The translations under genes and the position numbers were made by a program. The notes beneath the pieces were generated by a model. The model saw nothing but the letters and a program-made list of their open reading frames with translations, was not told the DNA's origin and searched no databases. DNA of 64,000 nt from Balanoglossus misakiensis (lineage: Eukaryota; Animalia; Hemichordata). The stretch is from contig CM082585.2 of assembly GCA_040954595.2 (NCBI GenBank), forward strand, positions 12,278,027 to 12,342,026, in the 5' to 3' direction. Of this stretch, positions 55,501-64,000 are shown one piece after another (the stretch's first letter is position 1; each line of letters opens with the position of its first letter).

Positions 55501-58500
55501 ATGGTTTTTCAAAAATGACCAAATTTTGAAAATTCGCATAGTCGAAAAATCGTCGATTTTTCGACATTTTCCTGAGCTATAACCCATGGTTTTTTCAAAA
55601 AATGACCAAATTTTGAAAATTCGCAAAGTCGAAAAATCGTCGATTTTTCGACATTTTCCTGAGCTATAACCCATGGTTTTTTCAAAAAATGACCAAATTT
55701 TGAAAATTCGCAAAGTCGAAAAATCGTCGATTTTTCGACATTTTCCTGAGCTATAACCCATGGTTTTTTCAAAAAATGACCAAATTTTGAAAATTCGCAA
55801 AGTCGAAAAATCGTCGATTTTTCGACATTTTCCTGAGCTATAACCAATGGTTTTTTCAAAAATGACCAAATTTTGAAAATTCGCAAAGTCGAAAAATCGT
55901 CGATTTTTCGACATTTTCCTGAGCTATAACCCATGGTTTTTTCAAAAAATGACCAAATTTTGAAAATTCGCAAAGTCGAAAAATCGTCGATTTTTCGACA
56001 TTTTCCTGAGCTATAACCCATGGTTTTTTCAAAAAATGACCAAATTTTGAAAATTCGCAAAGTCGAAAAATCGCCGATTTTTCGACATTTTCCTGAGCTA
56101 TAACCCATGGTTTTTTCAAAAAATGACCAAATTTTGAAAATTCGCAAAGTCGAAAAATCGCCGATTTTTCGACATTTTCCTGAGCTATAACCCATGGTTT
56201 TTTCAAAAATGACCAAATTTTGAAAATTCGCAAAGTCGAAAAATCGCCGATTTTTCGACATTTTCCTGAGCTATAACCCATGGTTTTTTCAAAAAATGAC
56301 CAAATTTTGAAAATTCGCATAGTCGAAAAATCGCCGATTTTTCGACATTTTCCTGAGCTATAACCCATGGTTTTTTCAAAAAATGACCAAATTTTGAAAA
56401 TTCGCAAAGTCGAAAAATCGTCGATTTTTCGACATTTTCCTGAGCTATAACCCATGGTTTTTCAAAAAATGACCAAATTTTGAAAATTCGCAAAGTCGAA
56501 AAATCGTCGATTTTTCGACATTTTCCTGAGCTATAACCCATGGTTTTTTCAAAAAATGACCAAATTTTGAAAATTCGCAAAGTCGAAAAATCGTCGATTT
56601 TTCGACATTTTCCTGAGCTATAACCCATGGTTTTTTCAAAAAATGACCAAATTTTGAAAATTCGCAAAGTCGAAAATCGTCGATTTTTCGACATTTTCCT
56701 GAGCTATAACCCATGGTTTTTTCAAAAAATGACCAAATTTTGAAAATTCGCAAAGTCGAAAATCGTCGATTTTTCGACATTTTCCTGAGCTATAACCCAT
56801 GGTTTTTTCAAAAAATGACCAAATTTTGAAAATTCGCAAAGTCGAAAAATCGTCGATTTTTCGACATTTTCCTGAGCTATAACCCATGGTTTTTTCAAAA
56901 AATGACCAAATTTTGAAAATTCGCAAAGTCGAAAAATCGTCGATTTTTCGACATTTTTCCTGAGCTATAACCCATGGTTTTTTCAAAAAATGACCAAATT
57001 TTGAAAATTCGCAAAGTCGAAAAATCGTCGATTTTCGACATTTTCCTGAGCTATAACCCATGGTTTTTTCAAAAAAATGACCAAATTTTGAAAATTCGCA
57101 AAGTCGAAAAATCGTCGATTTTCGACATTTTCCTGAGCTATAACCCATGGTTTTTTCAAAAAATGACCAAATTTTGAAAATTCGCAAAGTCGAAAAATCG
57201 TCGATTTTTCGACATTTTCCTGAGCTATAACCCATGGTTTTTTCAAAAAATGACCAAATTTTGAAAATTCGCAAAGTCGAAAAATCGTCGATTTTTCGAC
57301 ATTTTCCTGAGCTATAACCCATGGTTTTTTCAAAAAATGACCAAATTTTGAAAATTCGCATAGTCGAAAAATCGTCGATTTTTCGACATTTTCCTGAGCT
57401 ATAACCCATGGTTTTTTCAAAAAATGACCAAATTTTGAAAATTCGCAAAGTCGAAAAATCGTCGATTTTTCGACATTTTCCTGAGCTATAACCCATGGTT
57501 TTTTCAAAAAATGACCAAATTTTGAAAATTCGCAAAGTCGAAAAATCGTCGATTTTTCGACATTTTCCTGAGCTATAACCCATGGTTTTTTCAAAAAATG
57601 ACCAAATTTTGAAAATTCGCAAAGTCGAAAAATCGTCGATTTTTCGACATTTTCCTGAGCTATAACCCATGGTTTTTTCAAAAAATGACCAAATTTTGAA
57701 AATTCGCAAAGTCGAAAAATCGTCGATTTTTCGACATTTTCCTGAGCTATAACCCATGGTTTTTTCAAAAAATGACCAAATTTTGAAAATTCGCAAAGTC
57801 GAAAAATCGTCGATTTTCGACATTTTCCTGAGCTATAACCCATGGTTTTTTCAAAAAATGACCAAATTTTGAAAATTCGCAAAGTCGAAAAATCGTCGAT
57901 TTTTCGACATTTTCCTGAGCTATAACCCATGGTTTTTTCAAAAAATGACCAAATTTTGAAAATTCGCATAGTCGAAAAATCGTCGATTTTTCGACATTTT
58001 CCTGAGCTATAACCCATGGTTTTTTCAAAAATGACCAAATTTTGAAAATTCGCAAAGTCGAAAAATCGTCGATTTTTCGACATTTTCCTGAGCTATAACC
58101 CATGGTTTTTTCAAAAAATGACCAAATTTTGAAAATTCGCAAAGTCGAAAAATCGTCGATTTTTCGACATTTTCCTGAGCTATAACCCATGGTTTTTTCA
58201 AAAAATGACCAAATTTTGAAAATTCGCAAAGTCGAAAAATCGTCGATTTTTCGACATTTTCCTGACCTATAACCCATGGTTTTTTCAAAAAATGACCAAA
58301 TTTTGAAAATTCGCAAAGTCGAAAAATCGTCGATTTTTCGACATTTTCCTGAGCTATAACCCATGGTTTTTTCAAAAAATGACCAAATTTTGAAAATTCG
58401 CATAGTCGAAAAATCGTCGATTTTTCGACATTTTCCTGAGCTATAACCCATGGTTTTTTTCAAAAAATGACCAAATTTTGAAAATTCGCATAGTCGAAAA

Positions 58501-61500
58501 ATCGTCGATTTTTCGACATTTTCCTGAGCTATAACCCATGGTTTTTTCAAAAAATGACCAAATTTTGAAAATTCGCAAAGTCGAAAAATCGTCGATTTTT
58601 CGACATTTTCCTGAGCTATAACCCATGGTTTTTTCAAAAAATGACCAAATTTTGAAAATTCGCAAAGTCGAAAAATCGTCGATTTTTCGACATTTTCCTG
58701 AGCTATAACCCATGGTTTTTTCAAAAAATGACCAAATTTTGAAAATTCGCAAAGTCGAAAAATCGTCGATTTTTCGACATTTTCCTGAGCTATAACCCAT
58801 GGTTTTTTCAAAAAATGACCAAATTTTGAAAATTCGCAAAGTCGAAAAATCGTCGATTTTTCGACATTTTCCTGAGCTATAACCCATGGTTTTTTCAAAA
58901 AATGACCAAATTTTGAAAATTCGCATAGTCGAAAAATCGTCGATTTTTCGACATTTTCCTGAGCTATAACCCATGGTTTTTTCAAAAAATGACCAAATTT
59001 TGAAAATTCGCATAGTCGAAAAATCGTCGATTTTTCGACATTTTCCTGAGCTATAACCCATGGTTTTTTCAAAAAATGACCAAATTTTGAAAATTCGCAT
59101 AGTCGAAAAATCGTCGATTTTTCGACATTTTCCTGAGCTATAACCCATGGTTTTTTCAAAAAATGACCAAATTTTGAAAATTCGCAAAGTCGAAAAATCG
59201 TCGATTTTTCGACATTTTCCTGAGCTATAACCCATGGTTTTTTCAAAAAATGACCAAATTTTGAAAATTCGCAAAGTCGAAAAATCGTCGATTTTTCGAC
59301 ATTTTCCTGAGCTATAACCCATGGTTTTTTCAAAAAATGACCAAATTTTGAAAATTCGCAAAGTCGAAAAATCGTCGATTTTTCGACATTTTCCTGAGCT
59401 ATAACCCATGGTTTTTTCAAAAAATGACCAAATTTTGAAAATTCGCAAAGTCGAAAAATCGTCGATTTTTCGACATTTTCCTGAGCTATAACCCATGGTT
59501 TTTTCAAAAAATGACCAAATTTTGAAAATTCGCAAAGTCGAAAAATCGTCGATTTTCGACATTTTCCTGAGCTATAACCCATGGTTTTTTCAAAAAATGA
59601 CCAAATTTTGAAAATTCGCAAAGTCGAAAAATCGTCGATTTTTCGACATTTTCCTGAGCTATAACCCATGGTTTTTTCAAAAAATGACCAAATTTTGAAA
59701 ATTCGCAAAGTCGAAAAATCGTCGATTTTTCGACATTTTCCTGAGCTATAACCCATGGTTTTTTCAAAAAATGACCAAATTTTGAAAATTCGCAAAGTCG
59801 AAAAATCGTCGATTTTTCGACATTTTCCTGAGCTATAACCCATGGTTTTTTCAAAAAATGACCAAATTTTGAAAATTCGCAAAGTCGAAAAATCGTCGAT
59901 TTTTCGACATTTTCCTGAGCTATAACCCATGGTTTTTTCAAAAAATGACCAATTTTGAAAATTCGCAAAGTCGAAAAATCGTCGATTTTCGACATTTTCC
60001 TGAGCTATAACCCATGGTTTTTTCAAAAAATGACCAAATTTTGAAAATTCGCAAAGTCGAAAAATCGTCGATTTTTCGACATTTTCCTGAGCTATAACCC
60101 ATGGTTTTTTCAAAAAAAAATGACCAAATTTTGAAAATTCGCAAAGTCGAAAAATCGTCGATTTTTCGACATTTTCCTGAGCTATAACCCATGGTTTTTT
60201 CAAAAAATGACCAAATTTTGAAAATTCGCAAAGTCGAAAAATCGTCGATTTTTCGACATTTTCCTGAGCTATAACCCATGGTTTTTTCAAAAAATGACCA
60301 AATTTTGAAAATTCGCAAAGTCGAAAAATCGTCGATTTTTCGACATTTTCCTGAGCTATAACCCATGGTTTTTTCAAAAAATGACCAAATTTTGAAAATT
60401 CGCAAAGTCGAAAAATCGTCGATTTTTCGACATTTTCCTGAGCTATAACCCATGGTTTTTTCAAAAAATGACCAAATTTGAAAATTCGCAAAGTCGAAAA
60501 ATCGTCGATTTTTCGACATTTTCCTGAGCTATAACCCATGGTTTTTTCAAAAAATGACCAAATTTTGAAAATTCGCAAAGTCGAAAAATCGTCGATTTTT
60601 CGACATTTTCCTGAGCTATAACCCATGGTTTTTTCAAAAAATGACCAAATTTTGAAAATTCGCAAAGTCGAAAAATCGTCGATTTTTCGACATTTTCCTG
60701 AGCTATAACCCATGGTTTTTTCAAAAAATGACCAAATTTTGAAAATTCGCAAAGTCGAAAATCGTCGATTTTTCGACATTTTCTGAGCTATAACCCATGG
60801 TTTTTTCAAAAAATGACCAAATTTTGAAAATTCGCAAAGTCGAAAAATCGTCGATTTTTCGACATTTTCCTGAGCTATAACCCATGGTTTTTTCAAAAAA
60901 TGACCAAATTTTGAAAATTCGCAAAGTCGAAAAATCGTCGATTTTTCGACATTTTCCTGAGCTATAACCCATGGTTTTTTCAAAAAATGACCAAATTTTG
61001 AAAATTCGCAAAGTCGAAAAATCGTCGATTTTTCGACATTTTCCTGAGCTATAACCCATGGTTTTTTCAAAAAATGACCAAATTTTGAAAATTCGCAAAG
61101 TCGAAAAATCGTCGATTTTTCGACATTTTCCTGAGCTATAACCCATGGTTTTTCAAAAAATGACCAAATTTTGAAAATTCGCAAAGTCGAAAAATCGTCG
61201 ATTTTTCGACATTTTCCTGAGCTATAACCCATGGTTTTTTCAAAAAATGACCAAATTTTGAAAATTCGCAAAGTCGAAAAATCGTCGATTTTTCGACATT
61301 TTCCTGAGCTATAACCCATGGTTTTTTCAAAAAATGACCAAATTTTGAAAATTCGCAAAGTCGAAAATCGTCGATTTTTCGACATTTTCCTGAGCTATAA
61401 CCCATGGTTTTTTCAAAAAATGACCAAATTTTGAAAATTCGCAAAGTCGAAAAATCGTCGATTTTTCGACATTTTCCTGAGCTATAACCCATGGTTTTTT

Positions 61501-64000
61501 CAAAAAATGACCAAATTTTGAAAATTCGCAAAGTCGAAAAATCGTCGATTTTTCGACATTTTCCTGAGCTATAACCCATGGTTTTTTCAAAAAATGACCA
61601 AATTTTGAAAATTCGCAAAGTCGAAAAATCGTCGATTTTTCGACATTTTCCTGAGCTATAACCCATGGTTTTTTCAAAAAATGACCAAATTTTGAAAATT
61701 CGCAAAGTCGAAAAATCGTCGATTTTTCGACATTTTCCTGAGCTATAACCCATGGTTTTTTCAAAAAATGACCAAATTTTGAAAATTCGCAAAGTCGAAA
61801 AATCGTCGATTTTTCGACATTTTCCTGAGCTATAACCCATGGTTTTTTCAAAAAATGACCAAATTTTGAAAATTCGCAAAGTCGAAAAATCGTCGATTTT
61901 TCGACATTTTCCTGAGCTATAACCCATGGTTTTTTCAAAAAATGACCAAATTTTGAAAATTCGCAAAGTCGAAAAATCGTCGATTTTCGACATTTTCCTG
62001 AGCTATAACCCATGGTTTTTTCAAAAATGACCAAATTTTGAAAATTCGCAAAGTCGAAAATCGTCGATTTTTCGACATTTTCCTGAGCTATAACCCATGG
62101 TTTTTTCAAAAATGACCAAATTTTTGAAAATTCGCAAAGTCGAAAAATCGTCGATTTTTCGACATTTTCCTGAGCTATAACCCATGGTTTTTTCAAAAAA
62201 TGACCAAATTTTGAAAATTCGCAAAGTCGAAAAATCGTCGATTTTTCGACATTTTCCTGAGCTATAACCCATGGTTTTTTCAAAAAATGACCAAATTTTG
62301 AAAATTCGCAAAGTCGAAAAATCGTCGATTTTCGACATTTTCCTGAGCTATAACCCATGGTTTTTTCAAAAAATGACCAAATTTTGAAAATTCGCAAAGT
62401 CGAAAAATCGTCGATTTTTCGACATTTTCCTGAGCTATAACCCATGGTTTTTTCAAAAAATGACCAAATTTTGAAAATTCGCAAAGTCGAAAAATCGTCG
62501 ATTTTTCGACATTTTCCTGAGCTATAACCCATGGTTTTTCAAAAATGACCAAATTTTGAAAATTCGCAAAGTCGAAAAATCGTCGATTTTTCGACATTTT
62601 CCTGAGCTATAACCCATGGTTTTTCAAAAAATGACCAAATTTTGAAAATTCGCAAAGTCGAAAAATCGTCGATTTTTCGACATTTTCCTGAGCTATAACC
62701 CATGGTTTTTTCAAAAAATGACCAAATTTTGAAAATTCGCAAAGTCGAAAAATCGTCGATTTTTCGACATTTTCCTGAGCTATAACCCATGGTTTTTTCA
62801 AAAAATGACCAAATTTTGAAAATTCGCAAAGTCGAAAAATCGTCGATTTTTCGACATTTTCCTGAGCTATAACCCATGGTTTTTTCAAAAAATGACCAAA
62901 TTTTGAAAATTCGCAAAGTCGAAAAATCGTCGATTTTTCGACATTTTCCTGAGCTATAACCCATGGTTTTTTCAAAAATGACCAAATTTTGAAAATTCGC
63001 AAAGTCGAAAAATCGTCGATTTTTCGACATTTTCCTGAGCTATAACCCATGGTTTTTTCAAAAAATGACCAAATTTTGAAAATTCGCAAAGTCGAAAAAT
63101 CGTCGATTTTTCGACATTTTCCTGAGCTATAACCCATGGTTTTTTCAAAAAATGACCAAATTTTGAAAATTCGCAAAGTCGAAAAATCGTCGATTTTTCG
63201 ACATTTTCCTGAGCTATAACCCATGGTTTTTTCAAAAAATGACCAAATTTTGAAAATTCGCAAAGTCGAAAAATCGTCGATTTTTCGACATTTTCCTGAG
63301 CTATAACCCATGGTTTTTTCAAAAAATGACCAAATTTTGAAAATTCGCAAAGTCGAAAAATCGTCGATTTTTCGACATTTTCCTGAGCTATAACCCATGG
63401 TTTTTTCAAAAAATGACCAAATTTTGAAAATTCGCAAAGTCGAAAAATCGTCGATTTTTCGACATTTTCCTGAGCTATAACCCATGGTTTTTTCAAAAAA
63501 TGACCAAATTTTGAAAATTCGCAAAGTCGAAAAATCGTCGATTTTTTCGACATTTTCCTGAGCTATAACCCATGTTTTTTCAAAAATGACCAAATTTTGA
63601 AAATTCGCAAAGTCGAAAAATCGTCGATTTTTCGACATTTTCCTGAGCTATAACCCATGGTTTTTTCAAAAAATGACCAAATTTTGAAAATTCGCAAAGT
63701 CGAAAAATCGTCGATTTTTCGACATTTTCCTGAGCTATAACCCATGGTTTTTCAAAAAATGACCAAATTTTGAAAATTCGCAAAGTCGAAAAATCGTCGA
63801 TTTTTCGACATTTTCCTGAGCTATAACCCATGGTTTTTTCAAAAAATGACCAAATTTTGAAAATTCGCAAAGTCCGAAAAATCGTCGATTTTTCGACATT
63901 TTCCTGAGCTATAACCCATGGTTTTTTCAAAAAATGACCAAATTTTGAAAATTCGCAAAGTCGAAAAATCGTCGATTTTTCGACATTTTCCTGAGCTATA
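52500..64000. repeat. homogeneous 87-bp tandem satellite, >=11.5 kb and running off the window end
   Basis: Monomer CCATGGTTTTTTCAAAAAATGACCAAATTTTGAAAATTCGCAAAGTCGAAAAATCGTCGATTTTTCGACATTTTCCTGAGCTATAAC repeated about 130 times; variation is mostly homopolymer length plus a few SNPs. Confidence 0.99.

Noticed and set aside
52445-63930. Very long minus-strand ORFs (up to 1206 aa) of repeating KKPWVIAQENVEK / EKTMGYSSGKCRK peptides
   Set aside because: The 87-bp monomer equals 29 codons and lacks stops in two frames. Frames switch at random homopolymer indels, and there is no unique coding sequence or splice context, so these are satellite artefacts.
51340-64000. CRISPR-like array (palindromic repeats at a regular period)
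   Set aside because: There are no unique spacers because the whole monomer repeats; there are no cas genes and the context is eukaryotic.
52500-64000. CENP-B box in the satellite monomer
   Set aside because: TTCG occurs on both strands, but the required TTCG-N4-A-N2-CGGG pattern is absent.

Overview
Eukaryotic (metazoan, probably invertebrate deuterostome) genomic DNA; the taxon is inferred, not proven. The first ~50 kb is gene-dense with GT-AG spliced genes that I assembled by hand. In order: two tandem PLP-dependent D-cysteine desulfhydrase/ACC-deaminase-family paralogs flanking an intronless orphan ORF, AMMECR1 (+), CLNS1A/pICln (-) head-to-head with TMEM164 (+), and a type II membrane FkbM-family methyltransferase (-) head-to-head with an SLC27A2-like FATP/VLCS (+). 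From ~51.1 kb to the end is an 87-bp palindrome-rich satellite with a layered, older edge. Main highlights: (1) a pair of 101-nt mutually exclusive duplicated exons in TMEM164; (2) five miR-210-type seed sites (ACGCACA) downstream of the AMMECR1 stop; (3) AMMECR1-CLNS1A-TMEM164 linkage matching the human Xq23/11q13-14 paralogon; (4) divergence of the two desulfhydrase paralogs in targeting signals, active-site loops and intron content; (5) the dyad-built, centromere-like satellite and its age gradient; (6) a TTAA/CCC piggyBac-type MITE family. The long minus-strand ORFs after 52 kb are satellite artefacts.
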